Below, in pieces: positions 8,417 through 17,258 of a DNA stretch of 61,064 nucleotides. Source of the stretch: an uncultured Halobacteria archaeon (GTDB lineage: Archaea; Halobacteriota; Syntropharchaeia; Alkanophagales; Methanospirareceae); assembly GCA_964400255.1 (NCBI GenBank), contig CAYNTR010000001.1, positions 1-61,064 on the forward strand, given 5' to 3'. How positions within the stretch are numbered: position 1 is the stretch's first letter; every line of letters begins with the position of its first letter. A program made the position numbers and the translations under genes. The notes under the pieces are model-generated. The model saw only the letters and a list, made by a program, of their open reading frames with translations. It searched no databases and was not told the origin of the DNA.

Positions 8417-9195
8417 ACTATCTGCACTCCAAATGAATGGCCCACTAGAATTGCAATGCTACCCCCGGAGAGCGTCGCTAAGATGTTCACGTGATGTTTG
8501 TTTAAATTCACGATGTTCCGATTTTCTATGGTTGCACCGAAGATACTGTCGATAACACTACCCAAGAATCCTGATAAAAGACACACGAGGAAGAAAGTAA
8601 TCCGTACAGACGTTAAAACATTAGAAATGACGAAAAAAAGACTGACAAGCGAAATTAAAAACGACCCGAGCACTGCAGCGCCAAAACCAGGAAAACTCAC
8701 CCCGCCACTGGTGCCTACCGGCACTTTTTCTAATGTCGTGATTAATCTCGGCTTTCCTTCCGCTTGTCCGATTTCGGTTGAGAATGTGTCTGCACAGGCG
8801 GTAGCCACCGCACCGGAAAAACCGAGCAAAAAAAGTGAGTGATAACTCTGACTGGAAACAGCATAGAGCACGGCAAAGAGCAGTGGAGATAAGCCATTGC
8901 CGAGCACGTTGTGTATATCGCGCATGCCCCCGTTACTCTCTGCAACACCGAGCAGCACTTTCTTCTCATATTTATATCTGGTAGCCAAATTTCCGAACAG
9001 GAAGAAGGCGAGAAGTGCGAGCAGACCTGCAAACCCAAATTTCAGTCCCAGGGCTACCAGAATGATAGTGCCCAGTGCAAGTGACCCAATAAATGCAGAC
9101 GTATTTATTTTACGCTTGACATATGCATAGAGCACGATTGAAAATGCTGCCAAGGCGGTAATCGCAGTTATCACGAGGTGCCCACTGGATGTCAT
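8413..9195 (-). CDS. DUF92 (TMEM19-like) integral membrane protein
   Basis: 260 aa and polytopic. RDIHNVLGNGL and the glycine-rich TSGGVSFPGFGAA resemble DUF92. Confidence 0.55.
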   Translation of the reverse strand: MTSSGHLVITAITALAAFSIVLYAYVKRKINTSAFIGSLALGTIILVALGLKFGFAGLLALLAFFLFGNLATRYKYEKKVLLGVAESNGGMRDIHNVLGNGLSPLLFAVLYAVSSQSYHSLFLLGFSGAVATACADTFSTEIGQAEGKPRLITTLEKVPVGTSGGVSFPGFGAAVLGSFLISLVSLFFVISNVLTSVRITFFLVCLLSGFLGSVIDSIFGATIENRNIVNLNKHHVNILATLSGGSIAILVGHSFGVQIV

Positions 9196-9234
9196 ACCAA
9201 TAAAGAGAGGTGCCTGCGGTTTATTAAAACTTCT

Positions 9235-11178
9235 TTATTGTACGATTTGTTTATCCACCATGCCCTCAGGAATAATCTTCTCCATCATGGTGAAACCCTT
9301 TATCTTCTCGATGAACTTCTTTTTCATTTTGCCCACCAGTGCGTGCTCGAGCACATCCTCGATCGTCACCATGGGTATTATCTTCACTTTGTCCTTGTAT
9401 CGATCCTCGATGAGCACATCATTCAGGTTCGACTGCGGGATCAATACCGCTTTAATGCCCGCCTGTACTGCGGCCTCGATCTTCGGCGTTATTCCTCCTA
9501 CTGGCAAAACATCACCGCGCACCGACAGAGATCCGGTCATCGCGACACTCTGGTCTACCGGAATGTTCTCCAGAGAGGATATAACCGCTGTAGCAACGGA
9601 AATACTGGCAGAATCACCCTCTACTCCTTCGTGCGTGCCGACAAATTGAATATGAATGTCTTTACTGGATATATCCTTCCCGGTGAGTTTCTTGAATACT
9701 GCGGAAACATTTTGTACCGCTTCCTGTGCTATCTCCTGCAATCGACCAGTTGCTATTACCCGCCCCTCCTCCCTCGATTGTGCAGGTGTAACTACAGCAA
9801 TAATGGGGAGCATCACCCCGGAATCTCCCACGACAGCGAGCCCATTCACTCTACCGATCTCATACCCTTCCGTTTTGAACAATTTATAGTCCTTCTTGTG
9901 TTCGAGATACTCATCAGCGACTTGCTGCTCCACGGACTTTGCGATCGCTTTTGCTCTTATCACCTGATCGCCCGTTGTATATTTCCCGCCTTCCGCACGA
10001 GCAATATCTCCAGCTACGCGCACTAATCCGCCCAAATCCCGTAAGATGAGCGTAAGGTGTCCCTTTCTACCTGCTCTTCTCCGCGCCTCCCTTATTATCT
10101 CTTCCACGCCACTTCGATCAAAATGAGGGATCTTCTGATCCTTCCGTACCTCCTGAGCAACGAACCGGACGAGTTTCTGTCTGTTCTCGGGTGTATCGTC
10201 CATTGTATCTTTCATGTATATCTCGTATCCATAGCCTTTTATTCGAGAACGGAGCGCAGGATGCATACCTGCCATAGCATCCAGATTGCCCGCCGCAATC
10301 ATGATGAAATCACAAGGAACTGGGTCGGTTTTCACCATAGCTCCTGCGCTTCGCTCAGATTGCCCGGTTATCGAATATTCCTTCTCCTGCATCGCCGTAA
10401 GCAAGTTCTGTTGCGCCTCTATCCGCAGCGTGTTAATTTCATCGATGAAAAGGACGCCTTTATGCGCCCTGTGAATGGCCCCCGCTTCCACGCGATCATG
10501 TGCGGGTGTCTCCAATCCACCGGACTGATAGGGATCATGCCGAACATCGCCCAGCAAAGCTCCCGAATGCGATCCTGTTGCATCTATGAATGGTGCAGTC
10601 TCACGCCCAACATTGCTGATAAGCAACTTCGGCATCATCGCTTCCTCTTTCGGCATCATCCATCGAAACACTAACATTACCACCGCAGCAGCAATGATTG
10701 ACCAGAAAATATACTCAAATCTTCCCGTTTGGAGTGCATAAACCAAACCCATTCCCATGATGAGGAAGAACGTGAACATGAAAAAGGCATTGCGAACCTG
10801 AAAGCGTTTTCTCACTTCCAGCCGCTGTGCATCGACTATCTCCTTCCCTTTACCACGGGGGACAACCCGTATTTTGGGCGTGTTTTTATCCTCTGCGTTG
10901 GGGTACACCAAAATATCCTGCAATTCCTCCTTTGGCAGTAATTCTGCCATGCTGCTCGCAAGCATGGACTTTCCGGTACCCGGTGTGCCAATCAGCATTA
11001 CATGCCGTCTCTGCTTCGCTGCCTTCTTTATCACCTCCACGCCATGCTCCTGCCCGATTACTTGGTCTATCAGTAACTTTGGAACTTCAAAATCCTCCGT
11101 TGTTTTGAGCTCAATACCTGCTAAGAGTTCACCATCAATATGCTCTTCCTCAGTGCTGCCCTCTTTCAATTCCGACAT
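9235..11178 (-). CDS. lonB: Archaeal membrane-bound ATP-dependent Lon protease (LonB)
   Basis: Walker A GTPGTGKSM, two TM helices inserted in the AAA+ module, Walker B LFIDEIN, and a C-terminal Lon protease domain (GDSASIS..., VLPVGGI). Confidence 0.9.
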   Translation of the reverse strand: MSELKEGSTEEEHIDGELLAGIELKTTEDFEVPKLLIDQVIGQEHGVEVIKKAAKQRRHVMLIGTPGTGKSMLASSMAELLPKEELQDILVYPNAEDKNTPKIRVVPRGKGKEIVDAQRLEVRKRFQVRNAFFMFTFFLIMGMGLVYALQTGRFEYIFWSIIAAAVVMLVFRWMMPKEEAMMPKLLISNVGRETAPFIDATGSHSGALLGDVRHDPYQSGGLETPAHDRVEAGAIHRAHKGVLFIDEINTLRIEAQQNLLTAMQEKEYSITGQSERSAGAMVKTDPVPCDFIMIAAGNLDAMAGMHPALRSRIKGYGYEIYMKDTMDDTPENRQKLVRFVAQEVRKDQKIPHFDRSGVEEIIREARRRAGRKGHLTLILRDLGGLVRVAGDIARAEGGKYTTGDQVIRAKAIAKSVEQQVADEYLEHKKDYKLFKTEGYEIGRVNGLAVVGDSGVMLPIIAVVTPAQSREEGRVIATGRLQEIAQEAVQNVSAVFKKLTGKDISSKDIHIQFVGTHEGVEGDSASISVATAVISSLENIPVDQSVAMTGSLSVRGDVLPVGGITPKIEAAVQAGIKAVLIPQSNLNDVLIEDRYKDKVKIIPMVTIEDVLEHALVGKMKKKFIEKIKGFTMMEKIIPEGMVDKQIVQ

Positions 11179-11354
11179 GTTCGCTTTCTTTAAATTCGTC
11201 CCCGTTAAATTATTGTACCCGATAAGATAAATAATTTACAGTGGTGCTTTCTCTAATTAATACTATTACATCTCATTCTTTTTAAATGCAAGAATGAAAG
11301 GGTCGACCATTAATATAGTTTCCCCTCTTCGTGGCGGTTCGATTGTTAGGGCTC

Positions 11355-12776
11355 TTATCCCGTTTCCATCTCGAATACATCGTGTATTGCCTGAGCTGCC
11401 CGGTATGCGTCTGCCTTCTTCACGACAAAAGAGATGTTAAACTCGGAACTGCCCTGTGAGATCATTATCACGCTTATCCCCTCGTTACCAAGGGCGGAAA
11501 AGACTTTCCCGGCAACGCCAGGTGTTCCCGCCATACCTGCTCCGACCACGCCCATTGCGCACACGTCACTATTCGACGCGAAATCGCGTATTACCGCGCC
11601 ACCAGAGTTGATGTTTTGGATTGCGTCAACCGCACGATCCAATTGTGAGCCGGCGATAACGAGTGAGATGGTCAGTTCAGATGAGCCCTGGCTTATCATA
11701 ATGATGTCTACATTCTTCGCGGCCAAGACAGAGAATACGCGAGCTGCAACGTCCGATATACTCCGCACTCCGGTTCCCGAGACATTGATAATCGAGGTGT
11801 TTTCGATGAGCGTGATGGCTTTCGCTGCCTTTTTTGTCTTCTCAGCCTCTTGGCCGATAAGGGTGCCCTCGTCTTCAGGATTGAAGATATTCTTCACCCG
11901 TATCGGTATTTTGTTTTTCATTACGGGCAGTATTGCACGCGGATGGAGGACAGAAGCACCGAAGTAAGATAATTCCATCGCCTCTACATATGAGATGTAC
12001 GGTAACTTTCGGGCATTCGGTACGATTTTGGGGTCTGCGCTCATTATTCCCGCGGTCTCCTTCCAGAGCCAAATCTCATCGGCCTCGATCGCCGCACCAA
12101 TGATCGTTGCGGTGTAGTCAGAGCCACCCCGACCCAAGGTGGTAATAGTTCCTTTCTTCGTTTCGCCCATGAATCCTGCGACAACCACTATTTTATCTTC
12201 TAATAGTGGCATCATTCGCTCTCCTATCGCTCGTTCGGCAGTCCAGATTAGTTGTGCATTACCATAATCCTCGTTCGTTTTTATTCCCGCTTCACCACCC
12301 GTGAGATGCGTCGTCGGCATTCCCAATGATTGGAGCGTGCCCGCTAGGATGGGAGCTGCTAACCGTTCGCCAAAAGAACTGATATAGTCCAACGATCGTG
12401 GTGTTACTTCACCTAAAAGGCAGATACCGCTCAATGCTTTCTCCAGCTCTGCTATTCGCTCGTGTAATTCAGCATTCACCTTTTGCAACTCCGCTCTATT
12501 GCGTATCGCTTCCAGAGCCGCTCGTTCATGCTTCTCCTGGAGCATCTCCACGAATTCTTTCACCTGTTCCACATCACCTTCTCGTGCCACCCGATTTGCC
12601 GTATCCAGAAGCATATCGGTAACCGTCGAAAGTGCAGAGGTCACGACGACTATCTCAGCTCGTTCGCCCGTTTTTCGCTCTTCATCTTCTTTGAATTGCT
12701 GTATCAACTGCGCTACGGTCTTTATCTTCTCGCCATCTGCAACGGCAGCCCCCCCGAATTTCATCACCACTCTCAT
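11355..12776 (-). CDS. lysC: Aspartate kinase with C-terminal ACT domains
   Basis: VMKFGGAAV at the N-terminus, TTLGRGGSDYTA, and tandem ACT-like C-terminal repeats. Confidence 0.85.
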   Translation of the reverse strand: MRVVMKFGGAAVADGEKIKTVAQLIQQFKEDEERKTGERAEIVVVTSALSTVTDMLLDTANRVAREGDVEQVKEFVEMLQEKHERAALEAIRNRAELQKVNAELHERIAELEKALSGICLLGEVTPRSLDYISSFGERLAAPILAGTLQSLGMPTTHLTGGEAGIKTNEDYGNAQLIWTAERAIGERMMPLLEDKIVVVAGFMGETKKGTITTLGRGGSDYTATIIGAAIEADEIWLWKETAGIMSADPKIVPNARKLPYISYVEAMELSYFGASVLHPRAILPVMKNKIPIRVKNIFNPEDEGTLIGQEAEKTKKAAKAITLIENTSIINVSGTGVRSISDVAARVFSVLAAKNVDIIMISQGSSELTISLVIAGSQLDRAVDAIQNINSGGAVIRDFASNSDVCAMGVVGAGMAGTPGVAGKVFSALGNEGISVIMISQGSSEFNISFVVKKADAYRAAQAIHDVFEMETG

Positions 12777-12856
12777 GATCTTCTTATCTCCCCCTCTCTT
12801 CTCCTTTAACCTCGCCTTTTTCTCTTTCCCTAACTTATTAACCGTTCCAAAAAAAA

Positions 12857-12864
12857 TTTATATG
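12857..12864 (+). promoter_or_regulatory. Putative BRE/TATA of the thermosome gene
   Basis: AAAAAAA-TTTATATG lies ~80 nt upstream of the ATG. GAGGT sits 12 nt before the start codon. Confidence 0.35.
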
Positions 12865-12939
12865 CGATGAGTTAAATGTTACATAACGGTTGGTATTAAT
12901 TACTATTCCAACGTGTAAAGAGCGAGGTAAGTAAATAAA

Positions 12940-14610
12940 ATGGCAGGACAATTAGGTGGCGTTCCTATATTAATATTGCGGGAAGGGAGTGAAAGAATGC
13001 GTGGACGGGATGCACAGAGCACGAATATCAATGCGGCGAAAGCGGTTGCTGCGGCGGTTCGTACGACCCTGGGCCCCAAGGGAATGGACAAAATGCTTGT
13101 TGATTCTCTTGGTGACGTTGTTATAACGAACGACGGTGTAACGATCCTCAAGGAGATGGATATAGAGAGCCCGGCAGCGAAGATGATGGTTGAAGTGGCG
13201 AAAACCGTTGATGCAGAAGCGGGAGATGGCACGACAACGGCGGTGGTTCTTGGTGGCGAACTGCTCAAGAAGGCAGAAGAACTCTTGGAACAAGGATTAC
13301 ACCCCGCAGTAATCGCTATGGGATACCGGCTCGCAGCGGAGAAAGCGAAAGAGGTTCTCAATCAAATCGCAATTGATATTGATACGAAGAACGATGAAGA
13401 GCTGAAGAAGGTGGCACAAACGGCGATAACGGGAAAATCTGCGGAATCTTCACGCGATTTCCTCTCCGAAATTGCGATACAAGCGGTAAAGGCAATAGCA
13501 GAAGAGACGTCCGAAGGCAAAAAAGAGGTTGACGTGGATAATATAAGCGTCGAAAAGAAAGTTGGAGGACGAATAGGGGAGACCGAGTTGGTACAGGGAA
13601 TTGCTTTGGATAAAGAGATCGTGCACCCTGGCATGCCAAGGAAGATAAAGAATGCGAAAATAGCATTGATCAGCGCATCGCTCGAAGTGAAGAAGACAGA
13701 GACAAGTGCAGAGGTGAAGATAAGGACATCTGACCAGCTCAAGAGTTTCCTTGCGGAAGAGGAGCGAATGCTGCGGCACCTCGCGGAACGCATTAAGGAA
13801 AGTGGTGCGAATGTCGTGATATGCCAGAAAGGGATCGACGATCTGGTGCAGCACTATCTTGCGAAGGAAGGCATTATGGCGGTACGAAGAGCAAAGAAGA
13901 GCGACATGGAGAAGCTGGAAAAAGCGACGGGCGGCACGATAGTGAGTACGGTTGAGGAACTAACTGAAAGTGACTTGGGACATGCGGGATTAGTCGATGA
14001 GCGGAAGATATCGGGTGACAAGATGCTCTTCATCGAGCAGTGTAAGAATCCGCATGCAGTCTCCATCGTAGTTCGGGGTGGAACGGAACATGTGGTCGAT
14101 GAAGTTGAGCGCTCGTTACATGATACGCTTCGTGTGGTGGGAAGCATAATCGAGGATGGCAAAGCGGTCGCAGGTGGTGGCGCAGTGGAGACGGAGTTAG
14201 CATTGAAAATCAGGGATTATAGTTCGTCGCTCAAAGGGCGAGAGCAATTAGCAGTGGAGAAATTTGCAGAGGCAATGGAAATTATACCACGGACGTTGGC
14301 GGAGAATTCCGGACTCGATCCGATCGACAAGTTGGTGGCGTTGAAAGCAGCACACGAACGTGGTCAAAAGAATGCGGGTTTGGACGTTTATACCGGAAAA
14401 ATTATCGACATGCGTAAAAATAACGTTATCGAGCCGTTGAGGACAAAGCGGCAAGCAGTGGCATCCGCCGCCGACGCAGCAATCATGATCCTCAAGATAG
14501 ATGACGTGATCGCGTCGAAGAAGAGTGTAGCACCTCCACCGGGTGCAGGCGGAGGTGGAATGCCAGGAGGCATGCCAGGAGGCATGCCTGGAGGAATGCC
14601 GCCATACTAA
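12940..14610 (+). CDS. ths: Thermosome subunit (group II chaperonin)
   Basis: [46 protein letters not shown], and a C-terminal (GGMP)4 tail. Confidence 0.95.
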   Translation: MAGQLGGVPILILREGSERMRGRDAQSTNINAAKAVAAAVRTTLGPKGMDKMLVDSLGDVVITNDGVTILKEMDIESPAAKMMVEVAKTVDAEAGDGTTTAVVLGGELLKKAEELLEQGLHPAVIAMGYRLAAEKAKEVLNQIAIDIDTKNDEELKKVAQTAITGKSAESSRDFLSEIAIQAVKAIAEETSEGKKEVDVDNISVEKKVGGRIGETELVQGIALDKEIVHPGMPRKIKNAKIALISASLEVKKTETSAEVKIRTSDQLKSFLAEEERMLRHLAERIKESGANVVICQKGIDDLVQHYLAKEGIMAVRRAKKSDMEKLEKATGGTIVSTVEELTESDLGHAGLVDERKISGDKMLFIEQCKNPHAVSIVVRGGTEHVVDEVERSLHDTLRVVGSIIEDGKAVAGGGAVETELALKIRDYSSSLKGREQLAVEKFAEAMEIIPRTLAENSGLDPIDKLVALKAAHERGQKNAGLDVYTGKIIDMRKNNVIEPLRTKRQAVASAADAAIMILKIDDVIASKKSVAPPPGAGGGGMPGGMPGGMPGGMPPY

Positions 14611-14657
14611 CCTTGTAGTCCTACAATCGTTCAAGAAGTAGGCTGGAGCAGAAGCAC

Positions 14658-14693
14658 TCAGAGAACAGAAAATCTGTTCTCTGATTTGTTTTT
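14658..14693 (+). terminator. Stem-loop plus T-tract downstream of the thermosome gene
   Basis: TCAGAGAACAG-aaaat-CTGTTCTCTGA forms an 11-bp perfect stem and is followed by TTTGTTTTT. Confidence 0.5.
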
Positions 14694-14789
14694 CATCATA
14701 ATTTGCTTGCAAATTCTTTTTCCCGGGCTCCTTTCTAGTCTGGAACTTTGCGAGAAAAAATCTCCTTTTTCGATTTTAATGCTTATCAC

Positions 14790-14965
14790 ACAACCTTTTA
14801 GGAAAAGTTTGATCAAAAAATCGGTTGTGATCTCTTTTAGACGGTTTTATTTCCTCAACTAAACCCTTTTAGAAAAAGCGTTTACGCAACAAACTTTTAG
14901 AAAAAGTTTGACCAAAAACGCTACGCCGACTACGCAACAAACTTTTTAGAAAAGTTCAATCAAAG
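14790..14965. repeat. Degenerate array of a palindrome-containing ~25-48-bp unit (CTTTTAGAAAAAG TTTGAYCAAAAA CGCTACGC)
   Basis: CTTTTAG cores lie at 14795, 14834, 14866, 14894 and 14942. ACGCAACAAACTTTT(T)AGAAAAG occurs twice, 48 bp apart (14884 and 14932). Confidence 0.7.
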
Positions 14966-15237
14966 ATGCTTCGCATAGAGCTGTCATAACAAATGTTTTT
15001 CGAGCGGAAAAAATACCGAAAAGCTTTTGTAGCATATCACCATTTTTAGTAACTATACAGAAGAGGTATGGCTGAAGCGAAGGCGGAAAGAGATAGGGTA
15101 ACAAGGAGCGAGTTTCGTCATGATGGAGAGAAAGAGAAGACACACAAAATCGGCTACATAACGCTTTATACCAAATATTTTATTGTTACAGGGCCCTGTT
15201 CTTACACGGGGTATGTGACTTAAAAGGAGGTGGGCAA

Positions 15238-15339
15238 ATGAATAAAATTTTTAGTGTGATGAAAGGGTTTAAGAGCAAATTCGTATATAAAGAGTTTTTT
15301 ACCATTGTTGAGTGTTATAACCAAGGAGGATTCTCATGA
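15238..15339 (+). CDS. Possible 33-aa leader ORF
   Basis: AAGGAGGTG lies 6 nt upstream of the ATG. The product is MNKIFSVMKGFKSKFVYKEFFTIVECYNQGGFS. Its TGA overlaps the next ATG (ATGA). Below the ORF-track cutoff. Confidence 0.3.
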   Translation: MNKIFSVMKGFKSKFVYKEFFTIVECYNQGGFS

Positions 15340-15650
15340 CTAAAACTGTTGAAAATTCTAAACAGGAAATACCAATAGCTATAAAAATCCACATTGCCAT
15401 TTTTGCAATTGTGGTGGGCTTACAGTTGATATCGGGCATTTTTGAGGTAGTGCTTGGGGGTCCTCTTTCACATTTCTCATTAGTTTTCTGGAGTATTTTT
15501 GCTGGGATATTTTTGGGGCTCTATACGCAATTATTAAAAAGGAAGAATTGGGCAAGAATTGTTATCGGCATATTAACGATACCTCTTGGTTTAATTTTGT
15601 TACTTTCCGATGAAGCTCGATCATACTGTTTAAAAAGTGAAGGTGATTGA
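15336..15650 (+). CDS. Small membrane protein (about 3 TM)
   Basis: Hydrophobic 104-aa ORF preceded by CAAGGAGGA. AT-rich. Confidence 0.5.
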   Translation: MTKTVENSKQEIPIAIKIHIAIFAIVVGLQLISGIFEVVLGGPLSHFSLVFWSIFAGIFLGLYTQLLKRKNWARIVIGILTIPLGLILLLSDEARSYCLKSEGD

Positions 15651-15654
15651 ATGT

Positions 15655-16338
15655 ATGGATAAGAAAATGATAGGTGTATCTGTTGTATTGTTTTTGATAG
15701 TGGTCGTATTTACCTGTGGATGCATAGAGGAAGAAAAAATAAAAGGAGGGATAGAAGGAATAAAAGAGGAAAGAATAACTATAGATGGAGACGTTAACGA
15801 TTGGCATAAATTGGGAATACAACCAGTTTTGATAAGCCAAAACGATCCAAATATTTCTGACGAAGTAGATATTAAAACGCTATATCTAGCAACTGATGGG
15901 GAAAATATTTATGCTCTGATTGAATTGTATGGCAATGTTAGTGCTATGGACTATATCTATGGGATAGCTCTCAGTCCTAACAAAACTATTGAGTCTGAAT
16001 ATGATAATACCTGGTTGTCAGTACGAATAGAAGGTGGAAATTGCGAGTTTGACGGTAGATTAATTAACTATCCATTACACTTTAATTCTACTTGTGCAGT
16101 AATAGGGCAAAATATTGAATTTATATGTGAAGGCACTACACCTTCATATATCATTTCGGAGTATGGATCAAAGGATTTCAAGCCTCTTACTCCCTATACA
16201 TTGATGGAAAAAAAATTGGACTTTAAATACGGAGTCAGATTGGTATGTTATTCAGCTATTGACACGGAACCTATTGAGCGTATAGAGAAGTGTAGTCCAA
16301 AAATTTCAGATATTGTACCCAAAATTCAAGTTGTGTAA
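15655..16338 (+). CDS. Hypothetical secreted or membrane-anchored protein
   Basis: N-terminal signal/anchor MIGVSVVLFLIVVVFTCGC. ATG at 15655; the track start at 15637 is a GTG. No family recognised. Confidence 0.5.
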   Translation: MDKKMIGVSVVLFLIVVVFTCGCIEEEKIKGGIEGIKEERITIDGDVNDWHKLGIQPVLISQNDPNISDEVDIKTLYLATDGENIYALIELYGNVSAMDYIYGIALSPNKTIESEYDNTWLSVRIEGGNCEFDGRLINYPLHFNSTCAVIGQNIEFICEGTTPSYIISEYGSKDFKPLTPYTLMEKKLDFKYGVRLVCYSAIDTEPIERIEKCSPKISDIVPKIQVV

Positions 16339-16340
16339 AA

Positions 16341-16874
16341 ATGTCTGATAGCAATAATCAGGAAGCAATTTCTGGTATTATAAAAATACTTGATGCATCT
16401 GGTCATTACAATCTGTTTTTTACATCGAATAGGGTTGTATTTGCTGTTACCTGTCGGGACTTTTTAAGTAATCCCCTTGGTATTGTTTTATTTGCGGTAA
16501 TCATGAATTTCGGCTATATCGGTCTAAAAGTTATGGGTTTTGGTATACTAGGTGGGTTTACAATAGCAAATGTTATCATCGCTATTGGAATTTTATTCAC
16601 GCTAAATACCAGGAGAGAACGTGCGGAAAAGAAATCAGAAGAACTAAAGATACTACCTCCCGATGATATACTGCGTGATCACCGGCGTAATTTTGAAATA
16701 CCATACTCAACACTCTTAAAAGTTGAGATTTTAAAATCTGAACGGAACCCTTTAATAAAGATTTTAACGGATAAATGGTGGGAAAAAATCGGTTATATAG
16801 ATAAAGAAGTATGCCCAGATTATTTGAATATAATACGTGCAGCTTTATCCGATAAGGAGGTGATAATGATATGA
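16341..16874 (+). CDS. Hypothetical membrane protein (2 TM)
   Basis: 177 aa. The 2-nt gap upstream and ATGA overlap downstream indicate an operon. Confidence 0.5.
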   Translation: MSDSNNQEAISGIIKILDASGHYNLFFTSNRVVFAVTCRDFLSNPLGIVLFAVIMNFGYIGLKVMGFGILGGFTIANVIIAIGILFTLNTRRERAEKKSEELKILPPDDILRDHRRNFEIPYSTLLKVEILKSERNPLIKILTDKWWEKIGYIDKEVCPDYLNIIRAALSDKEVIMI

Positions 16875-17125
16875 TAAATAGCAAAAAATTTAATCTGATG
16901 AAAAGATTTGCAAATGATCTTGTAGCGGCAACAGTCATTTTGTCTGTTTTGCTACCACTATTAGCAGTGCCAGTTATAGCAACTATAACAAACGAGGGCG
17001 TGAAACAATTGACCACAGAGCCATGGGACTCAAAATATTTTTCATGGAGACAGTATGCTTTTTCATGGAGTCCTGATAGTACAAAGATAGCATATTTCTC
17101 ACTTGAGAACATTTTTCAAGAATAG
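16871..17125 (+). pseudogene. Truncated TolB/PD40-like beta-propeller remnant
   Basis: A TM helix is followed by one PD40-like blade (FSWSPDSTKIAYFS) and then a stop. A further blade-like fragment (VMNADGSGK) lies out of frame at ~17180-17210. Confidence 0.4.
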
Positions 17126-17258
17126 AAGGAGTTAGAAGGTGGCATAATCTCCCGTAATATTAACAATAATCTTGTTTTAGGTGTGATGAATGCAGACGGA
17201 AGTGGAAAAATAAAATGCGATGAGTTTCAGCTGTAGGCGATAGGGAGGATGGGATTCT

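Noticed and set aside
14540-14607. 12-bp tandem repeat (GGAATGCCAGGA-like, four copies) at the thermosome 3' end.
   Set aside because: It encodes the normal GGM/GGMP C-terminal tail of group II chaperonins and is not an independent element.
17180-17240. Possible C/D-box sRNA, with GTGATGA at ~17183 and GCGATGA at ~17217.
   Set aside because: No CTGA D/D' boxes occur at the required spacing. The segment reads better as a PD40-blade remnant (VMNADGSGK).
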